Shown here: positions 1 to 8,711 of the stretch, piece after piece
Layout of the letters: every line of letters starts with the position of its first letter
How positions within the stretch are numbered: the first letter of the stretch is position 1
Origin: Candidatus Woesebacteria bacterium
GTDB taxonomy: Bacteria > Patescibacteriota > Saccharimonadia > Saccharimonadales > EFPC-124
DNA: 64,000 bases
Assembly: GCA_050115675.1 (NCBI GenBank)
Contig: JASFQB010000002.1
Location: forward strand, 132,376 to 196,375
Direction of reading: 5' to 3'
Translations under genes and position numbers: made by a program
Notes under the pieces: generated by a model
Database searches by the model: none
What the model was told of the DNA's origin: nothing
Seen by the model: the letters and a program-made list of their open reading frames with translations, nothing else

Positions 1-865
1 CGAATCCGCCAGGGTAATCGTTGCCTGTTCGTATATTCTCTGCCTGATAAAAACGCCCTTGCATTGTACTTGCGGATATGTTTTTTATGATGCCTGGGCG
101 GTTTTCCCAGGTTTTCATGACTTGTGGATTAAAAGCTACCTCAATGTTTTTTGTGGCATCTGGCTCTAAATTGTTGAATTCCCAAACCAGCTTACCGTCT
201 TGTGCTGTAAAAAAGTCGTTAACGTTTGCAAACGGAGCAGTACTGCTAACCTGCCATGGGAAGTTAAAAGTAACTTTGCCATGCTCTATGTTGCCAGCCC
301 AATGCGAGCCAGTTTCCATCATGTATTCAAATACCAAATCTGACGATTTTGCGTAATTTACAACCCTAATGTCGTAATTAACCGTAATTGTTGTGTCTGA
401 ATTGGGAGTAAAACTTGCGTTAAAAACTGCTGCTGCAACGCTGGTTTGGTCGTTGGTGAATATGCTATCTACGTAGGTTAAATCGACAGGCTGATCGTTT
501 ATTGTGACGTTAGCATTGTTTGCTTGTTGCATGTCGCCATAGGGACTATATGTATAAAACGGAAAGAAAAGCTTTTGATCTTGTTGTTGATCTGTTAAAT
601 TGTTCATGGTGAAAGTAGCGGTAACATGAGCATAATACTCTGGAACAACAAAACCGAATGCTGTGTTGTCGTCATTTTTTTTAACGTCAAAATATACATC
701 TTCCGACTTCATTGCAATGCTGTCGGTCTTATCTCCTGGGGTGATTGTGCCTCCAGGACTAGGGAACTCTCCTACGTCCGCCTTAACTTTATCTATTCTT
801 AGGCAAAATGTTAAAAATAAACATGCAAATACAAATAACCCTGCTAATTTAATTGACTTAACCAT
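1..865 (-). CDS. Secreted or anchored hypothetical protein, C-terminus cut by the window edge (absent from the supplied ORF track)
   Basis: Manual reverse translation from ATG 865-863 gives MVKSIKLAGLFVFACLFLTFCLRIDKVKADVGEFPSPGG (hydrophobic signal/anchor). The frame stays open for 288 codons to nt 1 (...RTGNDYPGGF). The + ORFs 78..356 and 663..872 are antisense shadows. ETGSHWAGNIEHGKVTF is reminiscent of DUF4424-type proteins (unverified). Confidence 0.6.
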   Translation of the reverse strand, partial: MVKSIKLAGLFVFACLFLTFCLRIDKVKADVGEFPSPGGTITPGDKTDSIAMKSEDVYFDVKKNDDNTAFGFVVPEYYAHVTATFTMNNLTDQQQDQKLFFPFYTYSPYGDMQQANNANVTINDQPVDLTYVDSIFTNDQTSVAAAVFNASFTPNSDTTITVNYDIRVVNYAKSSDLVFEYMMETGSHWAGNIEHGKVTFNFPWQVSSTAPFANVNDFFTAQDGKLVWEFNNLEPDATKNIEVAFNPQVMKTWENRPGIIKNISASTMQGRFYQAENIRTGNDYPGGF

Positions 866-1117
866 GCTTTAATAGTACCTTATAATGCTTTTGGCAAACA
901 GTATTTACGTTGACGCTGTTTTATGGTAACATTCACTGGCATGTTAATTTTGTATTTTAGAAGCAATACGGACAGCTTGTTCGCTCCGGCAACTCGGAGC
1001 TTTTAGAGCTGGCCAAAAATATATGAAATTAACCTAAAAACAGTCAAAATAGTTTGATTTTTCTTACTATCCAGCGCGGCCAGCTTGTAAAGCTGGTTTT
1101 TTGTATGGAGAAATCAA

Positions 1118-1579
1118 ATGAAACGCAAACATAAGCGCTGCATATATAAAACACAAAAACGCGAGCAAAGTAGGGGATTTAAATGCTGTAATTGCAAAAT
1201 GCAGATTGCGATACATCAGTTTATGGGTACGGCTAACCGCAACCATTGCAATGTTTGTTTATGGTCGCGTCATGTAGATATAAACAAAGGAGATCGAAAA
1301 GCCGATTGCAAATCTGGCATGAAGCCAATAGCCCTAACTTTTAAAAACGAAGGCATAAAGCAAGGCGAAATAATGCTAGTGCATAAATGTACAGGCTGCT
1401 CAAAAATATCTATAAATAGAATAGCCGCTGACGATATTGAGGCTGTAGTGCTTGATGTATATAATAAGTCATTAAAAATTGAGCCCGATATGCGCGGTCA
1501 ATTGTTGACCCAAAAAATAAAAATCGCACAAAAATCTGACGAAAAAGAGGTGAAAGGACAGCTATATGGTTACATTTGA
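1118..1579 (+). CDS. RNHCP-domain zinc-ribbon protein
   Basis: Cys pairs CCNC, NRNHCNVC, C-x-CTGC. The ANRNHCNVC string matches the name-giving RNHCP motif. GGAG lies 7 nt upstream of the ATG. Confidence 0.6.
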   Translation: MKRKHKRCIYKTQKREQSRGFKCCNCKMQIAIHQFMGTANRNHCNVCLWSRHVDINKGDRKADCKSGMKPIALTFKNEGIKQGEIMLVHKCTGCSKISINRIAADDIEAVVLDVYNKSLKIEPDMRGQLLTQKIKIAQKSDEKEVKGQLYGYI

Positions 1580-1647
1580 CAAAAACCATGCCATTGTTTA
1601 CTATTCGGTAGACTATATTCCTTTGACGCTGTACGAATTGAGGCGCT

Positions 1648-3624
1648 ATGTCGGATGCAGGCGATTTGACTGATCATGCAGTAGAGGCGCACTGTGCTAG
1701 CGGTGGCTTTGATTGGCTTGAAGATGACTTTCTGCGTACAGAAATGTGGTTGCGCGATCAGAGTGCAAGGCTTAGAGGGTTTGTTGGTCGATTGGGTGAT
1801 GGCGAAGGGTCCTTTAAAAGAGAGTTGTGTAACACGCCGTATCCGTACTACAGCTCGCCTGCTGCCGTAAGGGCGGGAGCTGCCTATCTGTTTTCGCGTT
1901 ACTGTCTCTATAAGTGTGAGCCTGATGGTGAGATAGAGATGGTTTTGGACATGCACGATATTGCTGTTTCTGCTGGTGGCGATCAAGCAATGGCGGCAGG
2001 TTGTAGTGTTTCATCAGATGGAAATTTTGTAGCTATCTTGGTATCTGTCTCAGGGCGAGAAGAGCAGGCTATTTTGGTTTATGACCTTAATAATAATCGC
2101 ATTGCAAACGATGGTATGTCGGGATTAAGTTTGCGTATACCAAATGTTGAATGGTGCGACGAGGACGGGTTCTTTTACTCGTGGGCTGATTCCAGTAGCG
2201 CGTCCATGGATGTCCTTAGAGTATATTGGCATCAATTGGGTACGCATTTTAGCGAAGACGAGCCAGTGTCAAATCTGCCATATCTATGTGGTGAGATCGA
2301 TAGGCGTTTATTCGGCGAATGGATGATCGTAAGAGACATATCTTTAGCGGTTAATTTGCATTATGTCGCAGCATACAACATCAAGACTAGTGAGCTGCGT
2401 ATTTTGGCTAATCAGCTAAAGCAGCAGTCTGAAGGGTGGATTGTTGATGACGTTGTCTACCTCTTGGCTAACGATGAGTCTGGTAGGCGCTGTTTGATGG
2501 CGACGCCGTTTTGCGCAAAAATGCCACCATTGAGCCAGTGGCAAAAGGTTATTTTTGAGGAGAGCTCAACTTTAAAGAGGGTCTACTTTGTTGCTGGCGG
2601 TATGGTTGCTCATTACCAAAAAGAGTTTGAAGATGTCTTAGTTCTTTGCGATCGTGATGGTGCTTATTTGAGCCGCATTGAAATTCCAGATGCCTGTCGA
2701 GTGGATGTTGTTGAGGGCGATCTTGACGCAGGTGACTTTTGGTTTTTTGTTAGAGGGTTCTACGAAACCCTTCGACTTTATCGGTATGAAATTGCAAACC
2801 GTAATCTTAAACTGGTTGATACTTGCGAAGGCGAGCTAGACCATAAAGAGTATTTTGTGACACGGCATCTTATCACTAGTCCAGTGGACGGCGTAACTGT
2901 GCCTCTGGCTGTGGTCCATCATTGTGGTGTTGTGCTAGACGAAAACAACCCTGTTGTGCTAAGTGGCTATGGGGGGGTTGGCGGAACAGTTAAGCTCTCT
3001 GCGATTCGGCACTATAAGTCACTTTTGGATCGCGGAGTTGTAATAGCTCGCGTCTGTCTCCGTGGTGATGGTGGCAAGGGAAGTCAGTGGGCTGATGCAG
3101 GCACTGGCGCTGATAAAAAATGCAACACGATTAGTGATTTTTTGGCTGCGGCAGAATTTATGCGCACTCATTACACTCGAGATCGGTTGGCAGTGGTCGG
3201 AATGTCAAATGGTGGGCTAACTGTCGCTGCTTCAGTGGTGATGAGGCCGAAACTATTTAAGTGCGCTGTATTTGGGCATACCGTATTGGATATGCGGCGC
3301 CTTTTGGTTATTACTGCGATGTTTGGTGGCTACAAAGCTCATTATGGTGATCCTTCAGACCCTGCGCAATGGAACTCTATGAAGACTTGGTGCCCATATG
3401 GCAATTTGCGAGCAGATGTTAGGTATCCTCCCATGCTTGTTTTTCAGTCGTCAGGCGACCAAATTGTTGGTCCAGCGCACGGTTGGAAGTTTGTTACAAG
3501 GCTGCAAGCGCTAAAAAACGATTGCCTGCTTTCAGCGCCATCTAAAGCAGGGCACGCCCAGACTTTTGATGATGTGGCTCTAGAAATGCTGTTCATTGCT
3601 CATCATTTGGGAGTGGATGTATAG
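1648..3624 (+). CDS. Prolyl oligopeptidase family (S9) serine peptidase
   Basis: The C-terminal alpha/beta-hydrolase part has the GMSNGG nucleophile elbow, later SSGDQIVGP (Asp) and KAGHAQ (His). The N-terminal ~400 aa fit a beta-propeller. GC-richer than flanks (antisense shadow ORFs 1570..1986, 1814..2014). Start uncertain. Confidence 0.75.
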   Translation: MSDAGDLTDHAVEAHCASGGFDWLEDDFLRTEMWLRDQSARLRGFVGRLGDGEGSFKRELCNTPYPYYSSPAAVRAGAAYLFSRYCLYKCEPDGEIEMVLDMHDIAVSAGGDQAMAAGCSVSSDGNFVAILVSVSGREEQAILVYDLNNNRIANDGMSGLSLRIPNVEWCDEDGFFYSWADSSSASMDVLRVYWHQLGTHFSEDEPVSNLPYLCGEIDRRLFGEWMIVRDISLAVNLHYVAAYNIKTSELRILANQLKQQSEGWIVDDVVYLLANDESGRRCLMATPFCAKMPPLSQWQKVIFEESSTLKRVYFVAGGMVAHYQKEFEDVLVLCDRDGAYLSRIEIPDACRVDVVEGDLDAGDFWFFVRGFYETLRLYRYEIANRNLKLVDTCEGELDHKEYFVTRHLITSPVDGVTVPLAVVHHCGVVLDENNPVVLSGYGGVGGTVKLSAIRHYKSLLDRGVVIARVCLRGDGGKGSQWADAGTGADKKCNTISDFLAAAEFMRTHYTRDRLAVVGMSNGGLTVAASVVMRPKLFKCAVFGHTVLDMRRLLVITAMFGGYKAHYGDPSDPAQWNSMKTWCPYGNLRADVRYPPMLVFQSSGDQIVGPAHGWKFVTRLQALKNDCLLSAPSKAGHAQTFDDVALEMLFIAHHLGVDV

Positions 3625-3631
3625 GACGCAC

Positions 3632-3657
3632 AGGGCGTTGCTTTTTAGCAACGCCCT
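3632..3657. terminator. Perfect 10-bp hairpin terminator after the peptidase gene
   Basis: agggcgttgc-ttttta-gcaacgccct, 8 nt after the TAG stop, followed by a T-rich tail. Confidence 0.6.
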
Positions 3658-3760
3658 ATTTAATTTGGTGCAGTATTGCGCTTGTACTGCTTAAAATTAA
3701 GCTTGATGACTTGGAAAAAAAAGTAGAATGCAGTATAATTTAAACGGATTAGCGCAATAT

Positions 3761-3835
3761 TGGGGAGTGGCCAAGTGGTAAGGCACCAGGTTTTGGTCCT
3801 GGCATTCGGGGGTTCGAGTCCCTCCTCCCCAGCCA
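3761..3835 (+). tRNA. tRNA-Gln (anticodon UUG), CCA encoded
   Basis: 75-nt cloverleaf folded by hand. Acceptor TGGGGAG/CTCCCCA, anticodon stem CCAGG/CCTGG with loop TTTTGGT, T-arm GGGGG-TTCGAGT-CCCTC, discriminator G plus CCA. Collinear with E. coli tRNA-Gln. Confidence 0.9.
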
Positions 3836-3837
3836 TG

Positions 3838-3868
3838 AAAAAAGATTGACAAATTGTCAATCTTTTTT
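3838..3868 (+). terminator. Rho-independent terminator of tRNA-Gln (first copy of the repeated junction)
   Basis: aaaaaagattgac-aaat-tgtcaatctttttt; A-run, 9-bp stem, T-run. Confidence 0.7.
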
Positions 3869-3919
3869 CATGATCTACTTATTTTATAACTTTAGAACAG
3901 GTGAGAGTCGGGAATGCTG

Positions 3920-3948
3920 TTGACATAGAAGTTACATAGGAGTATACT
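3920..3948 (+). promoter_or_regulatory. Near-consensus sigma70-type promoter with overlapping ACATAG(G/A)A repeats
   Basis: TTGACA 3920-3925, 17-bp spacer, TATACT 3943-3948. ACATAGAA/ACATAGGA/ACATAGGA start at 3923, 3934 and 3954 (spacing 11 and 20 bp), just upstream of the wHTH-ATPase gene. Confidence 0.5.
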
Positions 3949-3969
3949 TGTTTACATAGGAATGTATGT

Positions 3970-5025
3970 ATGCAAACAAAAGATTTAATTATATCAGCGA
4001 TCAAGAAAGTTTCCGTAAAACACTCTCGTTTTCAATTGAGTGACGTTTTGAAGCTACTTCAAAAAGATAGGGTTAGTAGACAATACGCATCTAGAATTCT
4101 TGCTGAGGAGGTTGCGGCTAAACGACTTGTTTCCTCTGGCACCAGGCGTTATACATTCTATGCCTTGCCTGAAAATGTCGATTCACTTAGAGAGAAGCAC
4201 AGCTGGGGGTTTAAAAATAATGATTTACGCGAATATGAATTGTATCAAAATACTATAGTTGCAACTACGCCCTTCCTTCAGTCTTTACCCGACAATGCAG
4301 AGAGCATACTTGGCTACGCTTTCTCTGAGATGTTTAATAATGCTATTGACCATTCCCATTCAGAGAAAATCAGCACAACTTTTTATCACGAAGATGGCAG
4401 TGTAGTTTTTATTGTACGCGATTTTGGAGTTGGAGTTTTTGAAAGTATTAGAGAAAAATACAGGCTTAGTAATTCACTGGAGGCTATTCAGGAATTACTC
4501 AAGGGCAAGACTACAACAGCCCCTAAGATGCACTCGGGTGAAGGTATTTTCTTTACCTCTAAGGTTGCCGACAAGTTCATACTAGATAGTCGCGATATAC
4601 GTTTGATTATCGATAATACTATTGATGATATTTTTGTGGAAGCACGGCCCCATACTTTACAGGGAACCAAAGTGACCTTTTCTGTTAAAGAGCGTACTAG
4701 AAAACATTTAAGCGATATCTTCAAAGAGTATCAATCTGACGAAGAAGCAATGGCATTTGATAAAACTTTAGTACACGTTAGGCTTTATACGCTAGGTACT
4801 GTTTATGTGTCGCGCTCACAGGCAAGGCGTATTCTGTCTGGGTTAGCGGCCAAGTTTAAGCTAGTCGTTTTAGACTTCGATAAAGTGCCAACGATTGGTC
4901 AAGCCTTTGCTGATGAAGTATTTAGGGTTTTTGTAAATTCACATCCTGATGTAAAAATTGAAGCAGTAAATGCCAATCAGGCCGTAGAATTTATGATTAA
5001 TCGTGCGTTAAATACAAAGCGTTGA
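3970..5025 (+). CDS. wHTH - GHKL (HATPase_c) ATPase - STAS-like DUF4325 protein
   Basis: N-box-like EMFNNAIDHS, G1-like RDFGVGV, G2-like GEGIFFTS. The C-terminal FKLVVLDFDKVPTIGQAFADEVFRVF...MINRA matches the DUF4325/STAS-like pattern. The N-terminal ~60 aa fit a helix-turn-helix. Confidence 0.7.
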   Translation: MQTKDLIISAIKKVSVKHSRFQLSDVLKLLQKDRVSRQYASRILAEEVAAKRLVSSGTRRYTFYALPENVDSLREKHSWGFKNNDLREYELYQNTIVATTPFLQSLPDNAESILGYAFSEMFNNAIDHSHSEKISTTFYHEDGSVVFIVRDFGVGVFESIREKYRLSNSLEAIQELLKGKTTTAPKMHSGEGIFFTSKVADKFILDSRDIRLIIDNTIDDIFVEARPHTLQGTKVTFSVKERTRKHLSDIFKEYQSDEEAMAFDKTLVHVRLYTLGTVYVSRSQARRILSGLAAKFKLVVLDFDKVPTIGQAFADEVFRVFVNSHPDVKIEAVNANQAVEFMINRALNTKR

Positions 5026-5439
5026 GTTTACGTATGTATTCAAATTTGGAATAAAGGTCAAATTTAAAGACTGACCTTACGATATATCGTGACAAAATAT
5101 CAATCGACAACCTTGGTCTTGGTGAACGCGTTTTTATAAAGACTAAGTTTTCGCCTAATAGCAGGAGGTCAAAACGCGATCTAGACGTTGTTCTCATTGA
5201 CAGCGTTCCTGTAAAGCTAATACAATTGCATCGCAATAATTACCCCGCGTAGATGGCCAAAATAGTAAGTACCAGGTGGTGAGGTGTCTGACGATTGATT
5301 GCTTCGTCGACCCCTTGATCTAATCACTGCATAATGCCATATTGTATCCAACTGTGGTTATAATACAATCCAAAATGCGCTATTAGCTAAGTTGATGTTA
5401 TAATAGTATTATGCAGAATAATAATCTAGCGGAGGGCTC

Positions 5440-6831
5440 ATGCAGAGTGTTGATGAGCAGTTTGTAGCGCTGACAAAAAAGGGCGTTCAATGTTATGGGT
5501 ATGAGTATGATTTTACGACAACTATTAGTGAGTTTGTAGAAAGCCAGGGAAACAAAGTAGCCGGACGTGTTCTTGAGATTGATGGCGAAGCGCTGAAGGC
5601 CACAGTTGGCGATGCGACTGCAACTATCAAGGTATCGTTTGAGCATAATGATCACAATACTGCTCTACTGTCATTGTTTAGACCTGGTGACATCGTGGGG
5701 TGCGAAGGTGAATGGAAAAACGACTCACGACGTTTCATCTGTAGACAAGTAACTCTTTTAACAAAAACGCGCGTTGAATACGGCCTGCCCGACAGTCGTG
5801 ACAACCAGCTTAAACTTAAGCATCTTCTGTATATTAATGACAATAATAGCGCCAAGACGATTTTTAAACGAAGCGAAACAATACGTTTAATAAGGGATTA
5901 TTTATACACAAAGGGATTTAACGAAATCGATACGCCGCTACTTCATCCTTTTCAGGGCGATTCTACATCTAAGCCATTGTTTGTTAGTCCTAGTGCATAT
6001 GACGATTTACAGTTCACTCTTGCATCGTCGCCAGAGCTTTACTTAAAAAAGATGCTTGTGAGCGGTTTTAATAAAATATTTACAATCAATAAAGTATTCC
6101 GTGATGAGCAAATAGACAACGCTCATTTAATGGAATTCACGTCGATTGAGTATTATATGGCATACGTTGATTATCGCTACATGATGAACTTTACCGAAAA
6201 ACTATTAAAAAACCTTGCCTCTAAAGTCGTTGGCAAAAAACAGCTACCGTTTAACGGTAATATTATTGATTTTAATAAGCCGTGGGCGCGCATGTCCATT
6301 CATAAAACACTCAAAAAGCATTTTGGTAAGGACATTTTTAAGCTGTCTTACAAAGAATTGCTCGAGTTGGCAAAAACAGTCGATATAACATACGAAAACC
6401 CCACATCATCAGGTAATATTATTATTGATATATTCGAAAGCCTATACCTACATACGCTTATACAGCCAACGTTTATTTATGATTTTCCAAAAGATGCGAG
6501 CGTAATGTGTTATGACATCACGATGGCGAAGGATAGCCGAGAGAATAACCTGCTGCTTGAAAGGTTTGAGCTGTATATTGGTGGTATGGAGCTGGCAAAT
6601 TGCTATTCTGAGCTTAATGATCCAGAAGTGCAAAAAAAGGCGTTTGACAACTTTTTAAAACAGCGCAACAAAGAGCTTAATATGGACGCAACGTTTTATC
6701 ACGCATTGCGCGTTGGCATGCCGCCAGCAAGTGGTGTTGGTTTTGGTATAGATCGTTTACTGATGATTTTGACAGATAATGCAATAATTACAGAAGTGGC
6801 GCCGTTTTCTACATACCATGAAAGCCTTTAA
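5440..6831 (+). CDS. lysS: Class II lysyl-tRNA synthetase, divergent (463 aa)
   Basis: SPELYLKKMLVSGF, motif 2 FRDEQIDNAHLMEFTSIEYYMAY (canonical FRNEG...HNPEFT), ERFELYIGGMELANCYSELND, motif 3 GVGFGIDRLLMILT. N-terminal OB-fold region. GGAGGG RBS 4 nt before the ATG. Confidence 0.75.
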   Translation: MQSVDEQFVALTKKGVQCYGYEYDFTTTISEFVESQGNKVAGRVLEIDGEALKATVGDATATIKVSFEHNDHNTALLSLFRPGDIVGCEGEWKNDSRRFICRQVTLLTKTRVEYGLPDSRDNQLKLKHLLYINDNNSAKTIFKRSETIRLIRDYLYTKGFNEIDTPLLHPFQGDSTSKPLFVSPSAYDDLQFTLASSPELYLKKMLVSGFNKIFTINKVFRDEQIDNAHLMEFTSIEYYMAYVDYRYMMNFTEKLLKNLASKVVGKKQLPFNGNIIDFNKPWARMSIHKTLKKHFGKDIFKLSYKELLELAKTVDITYENPTSSGNIIIDIFESLYLHTLIQPTFIYDFPKDASVMCYDITMAKDSRENNLLLERFELYIGGMELANCYSELNDPEVQKKAFDNFLKQRNKELNMDATFYHALRVGMPPASGVGFGIDRLLMILTDNAIITEVAPFSTYHESL

Positions 6832-7321
6832 CGAAACACAACTTTTTGAACGCGTACGCGATATTCCATACTATACGAGCGATGCCAGCGCGCAATCCTG
6901 CTTTGATAAATGCATTGCATTAAAGCATAGGCTTGATGCTCATGGTCACATCTGCAACTTAATGATTGGCGATTTTTATTGGTCAGACTTAAAATTACCT
7001 AAAGAAATCATGAGACTTTGTAATAAGGATAAGGAGGGTCATGTATTCTTGCGAGTAAAAGCGCCTACAGGCGGTGGCTGGATGAATCTTGATCCAACTA
7101 TAGACATAGCTCTTGGTGAATATTTTACTGTCGAGCAATGGGATGGCAGATCGAGCACTGGTATTATGATGCCGCTCACAAATATTCGTGTCTATCGACC
7201 GTTTTCGTTTTTGGAACGGACTAAATCGAAGGCCCGACGACTGCTTCACCGAACAGAACCAAACAAAGTTTTTTACAGAGCTTTTGATTCTTGGCTCGAT
7301 GATATGCGACTAGGTAATTAG
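6818..7321 (+). CDS. Transglutaminase-like (Cys-His-Asp) superfamily protein
   Basis: Pattern RDIPYYT...QSCFDKCIALKHRL...GHVFLRV...WMNLDPT fits the transglutaminase-core Cys/His/Asp order. Overlaps the lysS 3' end by 14 nt. Confidence 0.55.
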   Translation: MKAFNETQLFERVRDIPYYTSDASAQSCFDKCIALKHRLDAHGHICNLMIGDFYWSDLKLPKEIMRLCNKDKEGHVFLRVKAPTGGGWMNLDPTIDIALGEYFTVEQWDGRSSTGIMMPLTNIRVYRPFSFLERTKSKARRLLHRTEPNKVFYRAFDSWLDDMRLGN

Positions 7322-7560
7322 TTACAGGTAAGAGATTACTGCGTTTCGATATAATTGCTTCTACGCAATTTACGCTGTACTCTCTTCGTTGCAGCGCAGC
7401 GTTGAGGTTTAAAGAGGGCGAGCATCTCGATCAGTCTCCTCGAACATAATTTCTGCAATTCGTGCCTCGACATCACAATGATAACACTCTAGCTTCTTCA
7501 ATTTCTCCGCTATAAGAAGCAATCTAGGATAAATCTGGTGCCACCTGATGGATACTACGT

Positions 7561-7599
7561 CAGCCATAAAAAAAGATTGACTAATTGTCAATCTTTTTT
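7561..7599 (+). repeat. Second copy of the tRNA-Gln 3' end plus terminator junction
   Basis: cagccataaaaaaagattgactaattgtcaatctttttt vs 3830-3868. Upstream, actacgtc (7554-7561) matches 9888-9895. Confidence 0.7.
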
Positions 7600-7709
7600 C
7601 TTTATATAAAGTTAACAATACTGCGCTCTGAAAATGCACATATTACTTGCATAGTTTCTACAACCCTGCTAAGCTAAAAATACACTAAAATATTTCATAA
7701 GGAGCTGCC

Positions 7710-8105
7710 GTGATGGCATTCGAACGTTTCAGTAACTTCAACTCTAGAAGCGGCAAATCATACGCTAACATAACTCGCAACTACGCAATCAACTTTTCTT
7801 CTGGTTTCGGTGAAGAAAATGGTATTGCCAAATTCAAGTACGCAGTTTTATACTTCGATAAAAAGGATTGTGCTATTGGTGTAAAATTTACAAATAATGC
7901 AACTGAAGAAGCAAAATTTGTTGCTGGCAAAAAGCAAGCAAGCTCGGGCGTTACGGTAATAGCGCGTTCCTTTTTTAAAAAGTATGATATTGATTTGGAA
8001 AAATATGACAAAATCCGCTATGCACCGTACAAAACAAAATTGCGTGATATCGGCATCGACGAGCCGGGTATAATGTACGTCATAAAACTTGAGGAAAGGG
8101 GCTAG
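7710..8105 (+). CDS. Hypothetical protein (131 aa)
   Basis: ORF with AGGAG 5 nt upstream of the start. No motif recognised. Its stop lies 6 nt before the NYN gene start. Confidence 0.5.
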   Translation: MMAFERFSNFNSRSGKSYANITRNYAINFSSGFGEENGIAKFKYAVLYFDKKDCAIGVKFTNNATEEAKFVAGKKQASSGVTVIARSFFKKYDIDLEKYDKIRYAPYKTKLRDIGIDEPGIMYVIKLEERG

Positions 8106-8111
8106 CGAACC

Positions 8112-8711
8112 ATGGGCAAAACTGTCTACGCTTTTATCGATAGCCAAAACCTTAACCTGGGCGTTCGCTCTTTGGGTTGGCGCATTGACTACAAGAAATT
8201 TCGGCTCTATTTAAAAAACAAATATAACGTTGAACGCGCATTTATGTTTATTGGGCTTGTTGGCAATAATCAAAAGCTTTACACGGAATTGTAGGCGGCT
8301 GGTTTTATTTTGATTTTTAAGCCAACTGTTCAGTATTTTGAGAATGGTAAAAAGACGGTAAAAGGTAATGTGGATGCTGAGCTTGTTCTGCATGCCGCTG
8401 CAATTGAATTCGCAAATTACGATAAAGCGATTATTGTTAGTGGTGATGGAGATTTTGCCTGTTTATTGGAGTTTCTTCTAGACAATAAAAAACTCAAAAA
8501 TATCTTGACTCCAAACCATAAATACTCAAAGTTGCTCAAGCCGTTTTCTTCACATATTATTCACATCAGCCAGCTAAAAAATCTATTGAATACAAAAAGA
8601 CCGGCATCGGCGGTCGAAACCTTAGGCCTATCCGGTCATGGTGATATTGTTAGTATAACAGGCGCTCTAATGATTTGTCAAATATTAATAATCATTTCTT
8701 GGCAGGTAAAA
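8112..8711 (+). pseudogene. NYN/LabA-like (PF01936-type) nuclease gene interrupted by in-frame TAG
   Basis: YAFIDSQNLNLG...MFIGLVG...LYTEL*AAGFILIFKP...GNVDAELVLHAA...AIIVSGDGDFACLLEFL is collinear with NYN domains. TAG at 8292-8294 is in frame. No stop separates this gene from the next. Confidence 0.7.

Larger units (their letters stand above)
3836..7599. mobile_element. Putative decayed tRNA-Gln-associated insertion 1 (no integrase)
   Basis: Bounded by a 39-bp direct repeat, 3830-3868 vs 7561-7599 (37/39 identical). The repeat comprises the last 6 nt of the tRNA plus the terminator hairpin. Confidence 0.45.

Noticed and set aside
3660-3860. 66-aa minus-strand ORF in the track
   Set aside because: It lies antisense across tRNA-Gln and its terminator hairpin, so it is an artefact of the RNA gene.
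5026-5439. T-box riboswitch leader upstream of lysS
   Set aside because: Only a partial GGTGGT resemblance to the T-box core at about 5270-5285 was seen. I could not find a specifier-loop, AG-bay or terminator-antiterminator arrangement. This is left as unsupported pending a covariance-model scan.
7409-7639. 76-aa minus-strand ORF
   Set aside because: Its first third is translated from the terminator hairpin and junction repeat. At most a 52-codon ORF from the ATG at 7567 could be real, and nothing supports it.
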